Below, in pieces: positions 46,375-57,335 of a stretch of DNA of 64,000 nucleotides. Both the position numbers and the translations under genes were made by a program. Position 1 is the first letter of the stretch. Each line of letters begins with the position of its first letter. A model generated the notes under the pieces. That model was not told the origin of the DNA. It was given only the letters and a program-made list of their open reading frames with translations, and did not search any database. This DNA is from Nitrosopumilus sp. (GTDB taxonomy: Archaea; Thermoproteota; Nitrososphaeria; Nitrososphaerales; Nitrosopumilaceae): NCBI GenBank assembly GCA_963667665.2, contig OY763927.2, forward strand, positions 1,280,001-1,344,000, in the 5' to 3' direction.

Positions 46375-48152
46375 TAAGCGTATACTGGTTCTTTTTCTCG
46401 TTGAATCCTAACTATTTCATTTAGAATTTTTTGTTCTTCAGGATTGAGTTTATGCATGAATCTATTGAGTAGTTGTTTTGCTTGGTGTGATGGCGGAAAC
46501 GTGTAGTAAACTTCTTCTTCAAAGATTTGTCTACCAATTGTAACATCTCTAACAGAGCAGGCAACCTCATCTCCTGTTTTTGCAGAAGTAACTGTTTTTT
46601 TATCTAGTTGAAGTTGATGGATATTTCCAACCTTTCTTCCTTTCATGTTCATAAATGGAATTTTTTGTTTTAGAGTTCCAACATCTATACGAATTCCAAA
46701 AACTGCAGGATCATTATTTCTGAAAACCATTCCTTTGAGGAAGGTAAATTTTGAGATTGGAACTAATTCTGAAAATATTGCATCTTCTTCATTTGCACTA
46801 TCTTCTTCAACCCATGCATTGTAGTTATCAATTAAACTGTAGATTACTTTGTCTTCAAACACTTTGATATGACTGTCTTCTGATTCTTCTTTTGCATCAG
46901 GTAGAACCTTGACATTAAATGACAAAACAACTCCTAGATGTCTATCTTTTTCTTTGATTGCTTTTGCTTCAATAACATCTCGTCTGGTAACAGGTCCAAT
47001 GTCGGCTTTGGCAACAGGGACTTGGGAGCGTCTAAGCATCTCAATTATGGCCTCAAGTGAGCCTATAGTATCGCATTTGAGGATAATTCCGTTAGTTTCA
47101 GTGTCAATAAACATAGATTTCATTTCAGATTCGATGAGTTTGGAGAATTTTTCTATCTCTTCTTTATTTGATGCAACATAGAGAGTACTTCCTGGAAGAA
47201 CTCCCTCAAGATCAGGTGATGCGATTTTTAGTCCAGCAGCAGCATCTACTTGTGTAACTGGTTTGAATTTATCTCGAGGATCTCGCATCTCATCGAGAGG
47301 TTTTGGTAAAAGCAATGCTTTTGGTTTTATTACTACAACAGAATCTCTTTTAGCTACAACAATGCTGTTTTCTTTTTTGATTGTTCCATCAATTAGAATA
47401 ATATTCGCTGTTTGTCCTAACCCTACCTCATCTTTTACCTCCAAGACAATGCCACGTGGATCTTTTTCTTCCTTGCTGAGTCTTTTTTGAAGATACTGTT
47501 GCGTTAATCCTACTAGTACACTAAGTAATTCAGGAATCCCAACTCCAGATCGTGCAGAGATTGGAACTATTGCAATCTCGGATTTAAAGTCCTTAACACG
47601 ATAAAATGCCTCTGATTGATATCCCAAAATAGAAAGAGTTCCTACAACATCATAGATCTTTTGATCAAGATCAGCTTGGATAGATGCATCTTGTTCTTTT
47701 AGTACCTTTGAGATAAAAAGAGACTCTGATTTTCGCCATCCAGAAATTTGATCACATTTGTTTAGTGCAATAACAAAAGGAACTTTTCTGTTCTGTAGAA
47801 TTTTCAAGCTTTCATTTGTTTGTGGTTGAAATCCACGATTAACATCAACTACGAGAATTGCAATGTCAGCTGCTGATCCTCCTCTAGAACGAAGGTTTGT
47901 AAAAACTTCGTGTCCCGGAGTATCAATAACTAAAATTCCTGGAACCTGATTTTCTGATTCTTCAAGTTTCTTGTATAATATTCCACATGTTTTTTTGATG
48001 GTCTCAATTGGAAGAAAGCTTGCACCAATGTGCTGTGTAATTCCACCGGCTTCTCTACCTTGAACACCTGTACCACGAATTTTATCTAAAAGAGAAGTTT
48101 TACCAGAGTCTACATGACCAAGAACTGCCACTATGGGCTGACGAATTTGCAA
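46371..48152 (-). CDS. infB: translation initiation factor aIF5B (IF-2)
   Basis: GHVDSGKT, GGITQHIGA, DTPGHE and NKCD motifs. Confidence 0.96.
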   Translation of the reverse strand: MQIRQPIVAVLGHVDSGKTSLLDKIRGTGVQGREAGGITQHIGASFLPIETIKKTCGILYKKLEESENQVPGILVIDTPGHEVFTNLRSRGGSAADIAILVVDVNRGFQPQTNESLKILQNRKVPFVIALNKCDQISGWRKSESLFISKVLKEQDASIQADLDQKIYDVVGTLSILGYQSEAFYRVKDFKSEIAIVPISARSGVGIPELLSVLVGLTQQYLQKRLSKEEKDPRGIVLEVKDEVGLGQTANIILIDGTIKKENSIVVAKRDSVVVIKPKALLLPKPLDEMRDPRDKFKPVTQVDAAAGLKIASPDLEGVLPGSTLYVASNKEEIEKFSKLIESEMKSMFIDTETNGIILKCDTIGSLEAIIEMLRRSQVPVAKADIGPVTRRDVIEAKAIKEKDRHLGVVLSFNVKVLPDAKEESEDSHIKVFEDKVIYSLIDNYNAWVEEDSANEEDAIFSELVPISKFTFLKGMVFRNNDPAVFGIRIDVGTLKQKIPFMNMKGRKVGNIHQLQLDKKTVTSAKTGDEVACSVRDVTIGRQIFEEEVYYTFPPSHQAKQLLNRFMHKLNPEEQKILNEIVRIQREKEPVYAY

Positions 48153-48158
48153 ACCAGA

Positions 48159-48560
48159 TCACTCAAACACTACCCTCGATTCGTGATCAAAACTTTCCTG
48201 TGAATCTGATGCATGAATAATATTTGCACTAAATCCTAATCCAAAGTCTCCCCTGATGGAACCAGGTTCTGCTTCAAATGATTTAGTTGTGCCAATCATA
48301 ATTCTTGTAGTAGCAATTGCATTGTTTCCTTCAATGATTGCTGCAACTACAGGCCCTGATGTGATAAATGATGTCAATTCACCAAAGAAAGGTTTGTCTT
48401 TGTGTACATCATAGAATTTCTCTGCTTGTTCTTGAGTAAATGTAAACATCTTTAGTTTCAAAATTTTAAATCCTTTTTTTTCAAATCTTGATATAACTTC
48501 ACCAACTAGATTTCTAGCCACTGCATCTGGCTTTACAATAAATAGAGTATTTTCAGACAA
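48159..48560 (-). CDS. ndk: nucleoside diphosphate kinase
   Basis: IVKPDA, PGSIRGDF and NIIHASD motifs. Confidence 0.96.
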   Translation of the reverse strand: MSENTLFIVKPDAVARNLVGEVISRFEKKGFKILKLKMFTFTQEQAEKFYDVHKDKPFFGELTSFITSGPVVAAIIEGNNAIATTRIMIGTTKSFEAEPGSIRGDFGLGFSANIIHASDSQESFDHESRVVFE

Positions 48561-48562
48561 TT

Positions 48563-48763
48563 CTACTTCTTTCTAATTCCGCCTTTAACGTGTTTTTTGG
48601 TCCACTTTAATTTTCTTGGATCACGTTTTAGAACTAGTGCATTTTTTTTACATTTTGAAGAACAGAACCATAAAACAGTTCCATTATTTTTGGCAAACAT
48701 TGTACCTGAACCTTTGGGAACAGGTCTATCACAAAAACTGCAAGGTTTAGCTAAAAGACTCAT
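48563..48763 (-). CDS. rpl24e: 50S ribosomal protein L24e
   Basis: CSFC...FCSSKC...PRKLKWT motif. Confidence 0.95.
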   Translation of the reverse strand: MSLLAKPCSFCDRPVPKGSGTMFAKNNGTVLWFCSSKCKKNALVLKRDPRKLKWTKKHVKGGIRKK

Positions 48764-48771
48764 CTAATCAC

Positions 48772-48984
48772 CTATTTGATCTTTTTTGCTTCTCGCTCTG
48801 TTTCTCGTAACATGAGAATCTCACCCACTCTAACAGAACCTTTGACATTTCTTGTAAGAATTCTTCCTTTATCATTTCCTGTAAGAACTTTAACTCTAAC
48901 TTGAATTACTTCACCAGCAATGCCAGTTCGTCCAACAATTTGAATAATTTCAGATTGAACTACTTGATCAGTTGTAGAGCTCAT
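48772..48984 (-). CDS. rps28e: 30S ribosomal protein S28e
   Basis: GRTG..GEVIQV...RNVKG...ETEREA motif. Confidence 0.95.
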   Translation of the reverse strand: MSSTTDQVVQSEIIQIVGRTGIAGEVIQVRVKVLTGNDKGRILTRNVKGSVRVGEILMLRETEREAKKIK

Positions 48985-49367
48985 TGATCAGTCTTGCCAC
49001 CTTTGAGTTTTGCAATTGTTTCTATAATTTGATCGACTATGTGTTGTGCATCACCAGCATCCAAAATTGCTGCAGCTGCAGAAGTAATCTCAATACCTAG
49101 TGAACTACCTAATTCTTGCTTTGTTGGAACAAATACAAATGCTGTATCGTGTTCCTCACATAGAATTGGAAGATGAGCGACTACCTCAGGTGGTTCAACA
49201 TCTTCTGCTATAATGATTAGCTTACTTGTGCCACGTTCAATTGCCTTGGTGGCTTCGTTAGTTCCTTTCTTGACCTTACCGCTAGTAGATGCTACTCTAA
49301 GTGCCTCTAAAATTGGGCTTACAAGATCCTCTGGTGTTTCAAATTTAACGTAATATGGTTTTCCCAT
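48981..49367 (-). CDS. rpl7ae: 50S ribosomal protein L7Ae
   Basis: [14 protein letters not shown] and [11 protein letters not shown] motifs. Confidence 0.96.
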   Translation of the reverse strand: MGKPYYVKFETPEDLVSPILEALRVASTSGKVKKGTNEATKAIERGTSKLIIIAEDVEPPEVVAHLPILCEEHDTAFVFVPTKQELGSSLGIEITSAAAAILDAGDAQHIVDQIIETIAKLKGGKTDQ

Positions 49368-49428
49368 ACTTTGTCACCCTAAGGTTCATTCTCCATTCTC
49401 TCAGTCGATTAGTTTGGTATTAAAAGTG

Positions 49429-50775
49429 TTATCGGGAAATAATTGATTTTACTTTTTTGATATATTCAGACATCAATGTGTCTAGTTTCTCCTGACTTTT
49501 AGCTTCTGCATAGATTCTAACAATTGGTTCAGTTCCACTAGATCTAATCATTACCCAATTTTTTGAATCAATTGTTATTTTGATACCATCAGTTGTATCA
49601 GAACTTGGAAACTTTTCTTTTAGTGAGATAATCAGTTTTGAAGCATTTTCTGCAGAACATGAAACCTTGTCTTTTGTAGTAAAAGAAGGAGGTAAACTGT
49701 CAATCTCATCAGATAGAGACTTGCCTGTAGCTAAAAGTTCAAGCATTAATGCCAAAGCCATACAGCCATCTCTGACTTGATTATGTTTTCCATACATGAA
49801 TCCCCCATTTTCTTCAAATCCTATTAACGCATCAGTTGCAACCATTTTTCGTGATACTTCAACGCTACCCACTTTGGTACGAATAACTTTTGAGTTGAAT
49901 TTTTCAGCCATTACTTCAATATTAGAACCAGAATTCAAACAAGTAATAATTAACGAGTTTGGATTTTTCTTTAAGATATGTTGAGTAAGAAGTAATGCAG
50001 ATTTATCGCCAGTTAAGACATTACCTTTGTTGTCACAAAAAATACTTCTATCCCCATCTCCATCAAATGCAATTCCAAAATCAGCATTGTTTTCTACCAC
50101 AGTCTTTGAAAGCTCGGAAAGATTTTGTGGTGTTGGTTCTGATCCACGTCCTGGAAAGCTTCCATCAATATTTTGATTTACTAAAAGTGTTTCACAATGT
50201 AGCATTTTACAAAAATCAGGTGCAGAAACTGCTTGTACACCATTTCCTAAATCTAAAACTACTTTGAAATTTTTTGATTCTATTAATTTAGAATCAACAT
50301 GAGAAATGATTCCTTTAAGATATGTTTCAACTGTTCTCTCCTCTCTTCCTGTTTCACCCCAATTATCAGCATTCTTTATCCAACTTTTTTGTGTATAGAT
50401 ATCTTCAATTATTAATTCATCTTCTCGTGAAATCTCAACTCCATCCTTTGCAGCTGGTTTGATTCCATTGTATTGTGGAGGATTGTGAGATGCAGTAATC
50501 ATAATTCCACCAGAATAACCCAAAGTCTTTACAGCGAATTCAAGACAAGGAGTTGGAACAATTCCTGCAACATTACAATTAATTCCTATTGAATTCAAAG
50601 CAGAGCTTATAACTTTGCAAATTACTGGACTTGATTCTCTTCCATCAAAACCAATCAGTATTGGTCCTCGTGCAAAGTAAGTTCCAATAGCTAAAGTCAT
50701 ATCATGAACAAATTCTAATGTAAAGTTTTCAGAGAATACTCCACGAATTCCATTTGTTCCAAAAAATTTTGCCAT
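49429..50775 (-). CDS. phosphoglucosamine/phosphomannomutase
   Basis: FGTNGIRG, ITASHNP and FDGDGDR motifs. Confidence 0.92.
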   Translation of the reverse strand: MAKFFGTNGIRGVFSENFTLEFVHDMTLAIGTYFARGPILIGFDGRESSPVICKVISSALNSIGINCNVAGIVPTPCLEFAVKTLGYSGGIMITASHNPPQYNGIKPAAKDGVEISREDELIIEDIYTQKSWIKNADNWGETGREERTVETYLKGIISHVDSKLIESKNFKVVLDLGNGVQAVSAPDFCKMLHCETLLVNQNIDGSFPGRGSEPTPQNLSELSKTVVENNADFGIAFDGDGDRSIFCDNKGNVLTGDKSALLLTQHILKKNPNSLIITCLNSGSNIEVMAEKFNSKVIRTKVGSVEVSRKMVATDALIGFEENGGFMYGKHNQVRDGCMALALMLELLATGKSLSDEIDSLPPSFTTKDKVSCSAENASKLIISLKEKFPSSDTTDGIKITIDSKNWVMIRSSGTEPIVRIYAEAKSQEKLDTLMSEYIKKVKSIISR

Positions 50776-50822
50776 AATATTATTCAATAATAGATAAATT
50801 TGTGTTTAATGGCATGTCCGTT

Positions 50823-50910
50823 GCGGGAGTCGCCCAGCCTGGTCAAAGGCGTAGGGCTTAGGACCCTATATCTTAGGATTTCGTGGGTTCAAATCCCACT
50901 TCCCGCACCA
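50823..50910 (+). tRNA. tRNA-Leu (TAG), encoded CCA
   Basis: Acceptor GCGGGAG/TTCCCGC-ACCA, anticodon arm TAGGG-CT-TAG-GA-CCCTA. Confidence 0.94.
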
Positions 50911-50935
50911 TTTTGATTTCTGTGAATGATTAATA

Positions 50936-51805
50936 ATGAGAAAATCCCCAACAAACAAAGTCTTGAAAAAAACAGTCATTGGAATTACAGTAGTTGGAAA
51001 AGATAGAGAAGGAATTGTAGCTACATTTACAAATTTTGCATTCTCAAAACATGGAAACATTGAGAAAGTAAACCAAAATGTAATCAAAGGTCTGTTTGGA
51101 ATGTATCTAGAAGTATCCTTTTCAAAAACAGTTGATGTGAAGAGATTTGATGCAGAAATACAAAGTTTAGCTAAAAAACAAAAAATGGATGTAAGTACAC
51201 ATCATGAAATAAATTCGCAGAAAAATATTGCAATATTTGTAACAAAAGAGCCACTTTGTCTTAAAACAATTCTTGCTAATGCAAAATCACTCAAAGGAAA
51301 AATTTCAGTAATAGTTGGTACAGAAAATACACTTGCCCCCTTAGCAAAGAAGGCAAAGATTCCATTTGTTACAATAAAAGAAAAGATTCAACAAAAGGCT
51401 GAAGAAAAAATTATTCAAATATGCAAAAAATATGATATTGATTTGATCTCACTTGCAAGATACATGAGAATTCTTAGTCCAAACTTTGTTTGGAGATATC
51501 CAAATAGAATAATTAACATTCATCCATCAGTATTACCTGCATTTCCAGGAGCACTGGCATATGAACAAGCATATGAAAGAGGTACAAAAATTGTTGGTGT
51601 AACTTCGCATTATGTTACAGAAAATTTAGATCAAGGACCAATTATCTTCCAAGATTCATTCAAAGTGGATCCGAATGATACATTAGAAAAAATAAAGACA
51701 AAAGGACAAAGACTTGAAGCAGACACATTGCTTAAAGCAATGAAAATGCATCTAGAAAACAAACTAGAAGTTCGTTGGAGAAAGGTTCACATCAAATCCA
51801 AGTGA
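50936..51805 (+). CDS. purU: formyltetrahydrofolate deformylase
   Basis: N-terminal ACT domain; LARYMRILS, INIHPS.LPAF.G and LDQGPII.Q motifs. Confidence 0.9.
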   Translation: MRKSPTNKVLKKTVIGITVVGKDREGIVATFTNFAFSKHGNIEKVNQNVIKGLFGMYLEVSFSKTVDVKRFDAEIQSLAKKQKMDVSTHHEINSQKNIAIFVTKEPLCLKTILANAKSLKGKISVIVGTENTLAPLAKKAKIPFVTIKEKIQQKAEEKIIQICKKYDIDLISLARYMRILSPNFVWRYPNRIINIHPSVLPAFPGALAYEQAYERGTKIVGVTSHYVTENLDQGPIIFQDSFKVDPNDTLEKIKTKGQRLEADTLLKAMKMHLENKLEVRWRKVHIKSK

Positions 51806-51810
51806 ATTAA

Positions 51811-52533
51811 ATGACAGATATCAGAGCCCAATTTGATCCTAATCTTAGAAAATCAATCAAAAAGAAAAAACAAGTCGCTGTAATTCCAATTGGCGCAATT
51901 GAGCAGCACGGAGCACATTTGCCTGTATCAACAGATTCAGATATTGTAACTGAAGTTGCTAAAAGATTATCTGAAATGAAAGGGTATCTTCTTTTTCCAA
52001 CACTTAACTATGGAGTTTCATTTGAGCATGCACCATTTTTTAATTTAAGCATTAAAGAATCAACATTACGTACTGTTCTAACTGATTTGTGTTCATCACT
52101 GTTAGCAAATAATATCAAAACAATTTTCATAATTAATGGACATCATGGAAATTTAAAATCAATCAAAAACATTGATGTAAAACTCCAAAAACTCTCAAAA
52201 AACAAGCTCAAAGTATTTTCATTATCCTATTGGCATTTTATGAAAAGAGATTTTGATCATGCAGGATTTGTAGAGACATCATTAATGTTAGCAATTTCAA
52301 AAAACGTGAAAATGACATTAGCAAAAAAGGGGTTAATCACTGATGGGATGACAAAACAAGAAATCAAAAAACTTGGAAAACTAGCAAATCAATCATTTCC
52401 CAAAGCGACCAAAAATGGAATTTGGGGCGATCCTAGAAAAGCTACAAAAAAGGATGGACAGTCAATTTTAGCTGAAATTGTTAAAAATTTAGGAAAAAAG
52501 TGTCAAACTTGCCTTACTGAGCATAGCTCTTAG
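51811..52533 (+). CDS. creatininase-family amidohydrolase
   Basis: GAIEQHGAHLP..TD, NGHHGN and HAG..ETS motifs. Confidence 0.9.
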   Translation: MTDIRAQFDPNLRKSIKKKKQVAVIPIGAIEQHGAHLPVSTDSDIVTEVAKRLSEMKGYLLFPTLNYGVSFEHAPFFNLSIKESTLRTVLTDLCSSLLANNIKTIFIINGHHGNLKSIKNIDVKLQKLSKNKLKVFSLSYWHFMKRDFDHAGFVETSLMLAISKNVKMTLAKKGLITDGMTKQEIKKLGKLANQSFPKATKNGIWGDPRKATKKDGQSILAEIVKNLGKKCQTCLTEHSS

Positions 52534-52590
52534 TTTAACCAATGAATATTTAATATAATCCCTCAATATCAAAGCCAATAAGTGAAATAG

Positions 52591-52827
52591 ATGTCCGTTG
52601 ATATGGCAGTAAAAGTATTGGATGAGAGTATCAATCAAGTAGTATTGATAAAACTCAAAGGTAACAAAACACTTAGAGGTAATCTTCTTGGTTTTGACCA
52701 ACACATGAACCTGCTACTCGATTCTTCAGAGGAAGTTCCTGCTGAAGGCGAGACAAAGAGCCTTGGAACCATCGTAGTTAGAGGAGATAATGTAGTTATG
52801 ATATCCCCTCCACCACCAAACAAATAG
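52591..52827 (+). CDS. Sm/Lsm RNA-binding protein
   Basis: [10 protein letters not shown] and VRGDNV motifs. Confidence 0.95.
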   Translation: MSVDMAVKVLDESINQVVLIKLKGNKTLRGNLLGFDQHMNLLLDSSEEVPAEGETKSLGTIVVRGDNVVMISPPPPNK

Positions 52828-52837
52828 GTGATTTGAG

Positions 52838-53005
52838 ATGGTAAAAGGCACAACTTCTATGGGTGGTTATACAAAGAAGAAAGTTCACATCAGATGTAGA
52901 AGATGTGGTAAAAACTCACTTCACAAACGTCATCACCAATGTGCAAGTTGTGGATTCCCAGAGGCTAAACGCAGAAAGTATTCCTGGATTAAATGGTATA
53001 CATAG
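52838..53005 (+). CDS. rpl37e: 50S ribosomal protein L37e
   Basis: Read manually: [55 protein letters not shown]. Confidence 0.95.
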   Translation: MVKGTTSMGGYTKKKVHIRCRRCGKNSLHKRHHQCASCGFPEAKRRKYSWIKWYT

Positions 53006-53956
53006 ATGCAAGAAATTGTTCTTATTCTTAGTTCAATAGCAGGTGTAGCTACAGCCGTTGCTGCACGAAAGATGCCAAGAGGTAAAAAACAATTGCTTAG
53101 CCTTGGTGCTAGTTCACATATTAAAAGTCAAATTAATACTCTAAAAATTGAAAAAGATATTCTAACAAAAACAATTACAAGATTATACCAAGTAGACTCT
53201 GAATTTTCTAAAATTCAAAAGGACAAACTATTACTAAGATATCAACACCAATTAGGAATTGTTTTAGCTAAACTAGAAAAACTTGAGCAAGCAAGTAAAC
53301 ACCCAGACTTGGGTCCAGTAGGTGATGGTTTGATAACTTTGATGGATCAAAAATTATCAAAACTAGATGATAGATTGTATGAAATATCATCAAAGATGAA
53401 AAGTGCAAAAATAGAAACACCAGAAATTAAAGAAACAAAGAGAGAATCAAAACAAAGTATTTCAAAATCATGGTTCAACTTTGAGAAACCAAAAGAAACA
53501 AAGAGAGAATCAATTGTAATTCCTCCAACAAAATCAAAACAATCATTTGAATTTTCTACTTTAACAAATATTTCAACAAAGGATTCAAAATTCCCATTAT
53601 TTGAAAAAGAAGAATCAAAACAAGACATTGTAAATCCAATTTCACAACCTGAAATTATTCAATCTACAATAATCAAACCAAAAGAAGAGATTATCCAAGA
53701 AATTATTCAACCAAAGCCAAAAGTTGAGGATAAAATTGATATTATTCAGTCAGTTGCACCAAAGCCAGTACTAGAGACTAAGATTGACATTAACAAAGAA
53801 GTTGCAAAAATTACTGAACACAAAGCACTCCCAGAACCAGAACAAAAACCAACAACATTAGATAATGACTTTGATGATGATGTAGATGATTTAGATAAAG
53901 TCAAATCAAATATCATGAAAGTTCTATCAAAGCTTGATCAAGCAGAGGTAGAGTAA
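53006..53956 (+). CDS. hypothetical membrane-anchored coiled-coil protein
   Basis: N-terminal TM, coiled coil, Pro/Glu/Lys linker, C-terminal LSKLDQAEVE. Confidence 0.7.
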   Translation: MQEIVLILSSIAGVATAVAARKMPRGKKQLLSLGASSHIKSQINTLKIEKDILTKTITRLYQVDSEFSKIQKDKLLLRYQHQLGIVLAKLEKLEQASKHPDLGPVGDGLITLMDQKLSKLDDRLYEISSKMKSAKIETPEIKETKRESKQSISKSWFNFEKPKETKRESIVIPPTKSKQSFEFSTLTNISTKDSKFPLFEKEESKQDIVNPISQPEIIQSTIIKPKEEIIQEIIQPKPKVEDKIDIIQSVAPKPVLETKIDINKEVAKITEHKALPEPEQKPTTLDNDFDDDVDDLDKVKSNIMKVLSKLDQAEVE

Positions 53957-54631
53957 TTGTCCTATGATAGTGCTATCAAGGCATTATCAAGTGATGCACT
54001 AAAGCATGTCAAAGATTATTCTATAGTTGGATTAGGAAGCGGAAGAGCAGCAACTGCACTTGTAAAATCACTTTCACGACTAATCGAAGTAAAAGATTTT
54101 CATATTGTTGGAATTCCAACTTCATTACAAATCAAACAAGTTGCAGAAAATGGGGGCATACCACTTGTAGAAGCTGATCAAGTTGATCATATTGATGTTG
54201 TATTTGATGGTGCAGATCAAATTGATTCTCAAAAATTTGTAATCAAAGGAGGAGGAGGTGCTTTACTACGAGAAAATGTTTTGTTTAGTCTTGCAAAAAA
54301 AGTTGTAGTCATGGCAGACAAGAGCAAGTTTGTAAAAAATTTTACAAGAACTGTTCCAGTAGAAGTTCATCCATTTGCTAGAAGTTCAGTAATAAATGCA
54401 ATTGAAAAACTAGGAGGAAAAGTACAACTACGAACAATGGATAGAGGCTATTCGTTTTTTACAGAAAATGGTAACATAATTTTAGATTGTGATTTTGGAA
54501 CAATAAAGAATCCAAAAGTACTTACTCAAAAAATCAAACAAATTGCTGGAGTTTTAGAGTCTGGAATTTTTCTTAGAAAACCAGATGTAATTTACAGAGC
54601 CAAAACTAACGGTAAATTTGATATTCTCTAG
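53957..54631 (+). CDS. rpiA: ribose-5-phosphate isomerase A
   Basis: GLGSG, DGADQ and IKGGGGALLRE motifs. Confidence 0.95.
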   Translation: MSYDSAIKALSSDALKHVKDYSIVGLGSGRAATALVKSLSRLIEVKDFHIVGIPTSLQIKQVAENGGIPLVEADQVDHIDVVFDGADQIDSQKFVIKGGGGALLRENVLFSLAKKVVVMADKSKFVKNFTRTVPVEVHPFARSSVINAIEKLGGKVQLRTMDRGYSFFTENGNIILDCDFGTIKNPKVLTQKIKQIAGVLESGIFLRKPDVIYRAKTNGKFDIL

Positions 54632-54646
54632 AAAATTTTGACAAAC

Positions 54647-55315
54647 CTATTCTTTTTTGCCAAATTTTCCCAGTAGAGGAACAAAAATGTAGTTCGGTTG
54701 GTTTTTAATTTCAACAATTCCTTCAGAAGTTTTTTTCAATAAAACTAATGATTGAGATGAATTCCCTACAGGTGCAATTAAGAGTCCATTCTCACCGAGT
54801 TGTTCAAGTAATGGTAAAGGAATTTCTGTGCATGCTGCAGTAATTATGATTTTATCATATGGTGATTCTTCTGAATAACCCAAAGTACCATCACCTAAAA
54901 TTACTTGAGTATTATCCAATCCAAATTTTTCTAAATTGTTTTTTGCAAATTTTACTAATTTTGAATGTCTTTCTATGGAATAAACAGTTCCTGTTCCTAC
55001 TAGATAAGAAAGGATTGCAGTCTGCCAAGCAGAACCAGTACCAATCTCAAGAATTTTTTGCCCATCTTTTACATCTAACCACTCTGTCATTCTTGCAACA
55101 ACTCCTGGTTGAGAAATAGTCTGATCTTTCATTATTGATAGAGGTTCATTGTAATATGCTCTATCTAGTTCTGATATAGGAACAAATTCATGTCTTGGAA
55201 TGTTTCTAAATGCAGATTCAACGTTATCATTAGTAAGAAATTCTGAATCTTTTAGATAATTAATTAAATTATCTAACTCCATCTGATATTTTTTTTCAAT
55301 TTTAATTATATTCAA
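54647..55315 (-). CDS. pcm: protein-L-isoaspartate O-methyltransferase
   Basis: PRHEFV, QTISQP, LEIGTGS and FVPL motifs. Confidence 0.93.
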   Translation of the reverse strand: MNIIKIEKKYQMELDNLINYLKDSEFLTNDNVESAFRNIPRHEFVPISELDRAYYNEPLSIMKDQTISQPGVVARMTEWLDVKDGQKILEIGTGSAWQTAILSYLVGTGTVYSIERHSKLVKFAKNNLEKFGLDNTQVILGDGTLGYSEESPYDKIIITAACTEIPLPLLEQLGENGLLIAPVGNSSQSLVLLKKTSEGIVEIKNQPNYIFVPLLGKFGKKE

Positions 55316-55355
55316 TTATTATAGATAGAATTTTTTATCATTTAAACCCAATTTG

Positions 55356-56759
55356 TTATTTTGAAAATAAGTTAATTTTTCGTTCGACTAGTTTTCCATG
55401 ACCAAGTTTTCCAATTACTTCAAAGTCATCAGCGACTATTTCTCCTCTAACAATTGTTTTAACAGGCCATCCTTTTAGATTTCTTCCTTCATACACAATA
55501 TAATCAGAAAAGCCTCCAAACAAATCAGATGTTACTTTTTTTTCTTTTTTCAAATCGATCATAGTAATGTCGGCATCAGAATTTTTTTCCAATGTTCCTT
55601 TTTGTGGATACATTCCAAAAATTTGAGCAGCATTATAACTTGTAAATTGCACAAATTGCTCAAGTGTTATTTTGTTTTGGTTTACACCATCATTAAGTAA
55701 TATTGGAATTACAGTACCAATTCCTGGAAATCCTGCTAATGCTCCCCAAATATCATCACCATCTAGTTTGAGTTTGAGTTGATTTGCAACATGATCCGTA
55801 CCTATGGTATCAATAAAATTCTGAGAAAGAGCATTCCAAACTGCCTTGTTGTCATTTTCTGTTCTTATTGGAGGCATAACTTTAGCAAGATATCCTTCTT
55901 GTTTTTCAATAGATAGTGTAAGATAGTGAGGGCACGTCTCAACAAAAATTTTTGTTCCAAGTTTTTTCTCTTCTTGAATCTGAGCTAATGCTCGTTCTGA
56001 GCCAATGTGAACAAAATAAATTACACAATCATAATCTCTTCCAAACTTTGAAACAGTCTTAATGGCTTTGGCCTCAAATTCAGGAGAACGACTTTGAGAC
56101 CACGCAGAAAGTCCGTCTTGTTTTTTTTCTTTTGCAGTTTTAATTCCACATCCACATGATTCATAGTCTTCGGCGTGAACAAGTACTGGACAACCAAGTG
56201 AAGCTGCAGTTTTTACAGTTTGTTCAACTATTTCATCATTAACTTCTACTTTAGCTGAAACAAGTTTAGAGGAGTTTGGTGGCATATCCATGTATACATG
56301 ACTAATTTCACCACCAAGATTCATGTAAATTTTAAAAGATGTAATTCCTTTTTCTATACAGAAATTCATCTCATTGATTTGTTGAGGTGTAAAAATAGAA
56401 GCATGAATTGCATAATCAATGTAATGACTTTGAGATGATGCATCAAGCTGAGCTTGTAATGAGCTAGAAAATGAATTTTCCAATCTAAGCATTCTCATCA
56501 TAGTTGTTATTCCACCAATTGCTGCAGCATGAGATTCGGTTTTTGCTGATTCATTTATTGGAGAATACACACCATAATGAACATGAGTATCAATTGGACC
56601 AGGAACAGAAATCAATCCATTGCCATTAATTTTGTTATCACAAGCTGGAGTATCATTTGTAAACCCAACAATTTTTCCCTCATCAATTAGAATATTTTTG
56701 TCTAGCATTCCCTGAGGAAGTATAATGTGTGAATCGATAATCACAGTATCATACGTCAT
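55356..56759 (-). CDS. cyclic amidohydrolase (dihydroorotase/allantoinase family)
   Basis: PG.IDTHVH, VHAED, ETCPHYL and GTDH motifs. Confidence 0.85.
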   Translation of the reverse strand: MTYDTVIIDSHIILPQGMLDKNILIDEGKIVGFTNDTPACDNKINGNGLISVPGPIDTHVHYGVYSPINESAKTESHAAAIGGITTMMRMLRLENSFSSSLQAQLDASSQSHYIDYAIHASIFTPQQINEMNFCIEKGITSFKIYMNLGGEISHVYMDMPPNSSKLVSAKVEVNDEIVEQTVKTAASLGCPVLVHAEDYESCGCGIKTAKEKKQDGLSAWSQSRSPEFEAKAIKTVSKFGRDYDCVIYFVHIGSERALAQIQEEKKLGTKIFVETCPHYLTLSIEKQEGYLAKVMPPIRTENDNKAVWNALSQNFIDTIGTDHVANQLKLKLDGDDIWGALAGFPGIGTVIPILLNDGVNQNKITLEQFVQFTSYNAAQIFGMYPQKGTLEKNSDADITMIDLKKEKKVTSDLFGGFSDYIVYEGRNLKGWPVKTIVRGEIVADDFEVIGKLGHGKLVERKINLFSK

Positions 56760-56834
56760 TTGAAAATTTTATACCTGGCAGTCTATTATGCGTTGAGAAA
56801 ATGAATAAACATACAACTAGAAGGAATAACTCAG

Positions 56835-56906
56835 GGGCCGGTGGTTTAGGGGTATAATGCCTCGTTCGCAACGAGGATGTCGAGGGTTCGATTCCCTCCC
56901 GGTCCA
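56835..56906 (+). tRNA. tRNA-Ala (CGC)
   Basis: Acceptor GGGCCGG/CCGGTCC-A, anticodon arm CCTCG-TT-CGC-AA-CGAGG. Confidence 0.93.
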
Positions 56907-56950
56907 CTTTTCTAGAAACCATTATACATAAATGAAAAAATTCTAACGTT

Positions 56951-57310
56951 ATGGAAGTATTTGACGGCAAAAAAGCTGCACAAGACTACATGTCAACACA
57001 TACTCTAGCATTTTCAACTCCAGAATTAACTCTAATGAGATTTGCATTTTGGTTGGGAGATTCAGTCCCAGATCCAAAAAACGAAGGAAAGGGATTTCCT
57101 AGAATGATGACATTTTTGACAGAAGCAGATTTTGAACCAGTTTTAATTGATGATGACAAATACGAACCATCTGGTGCAGTCAGTAGATCTGCATTTCTTG
57201 GAAACGCCTACAAAGAAGAAAATACAGACGGAAAGTTTTGTTCTGAATGTGGTACAACTCTTTCAGCAACAGCAAAATTCTGTCCTGAATGCGGTACAAC
57301 ACAAGAATGA
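56951..57310 (+). CDS. zinc-ribbon domain protein
   Basis: C-terminal FCSECG...AKFCPECG. Confidence 0.8.
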   Translation: MEVFDGKKAAQDYMSTHTLAFSTPELTLMRFAFWLGDSVPDPKNEGKGFPRMMTFLTEADFEPVLIDDDKYEPSGAVSRSAFLGNAYKEENTDGKFCSECGTTLSATAKFCPECGTTQE

Positions 57311-57335
57311 GAAAATAGTTTTTAGAGTTTTAATT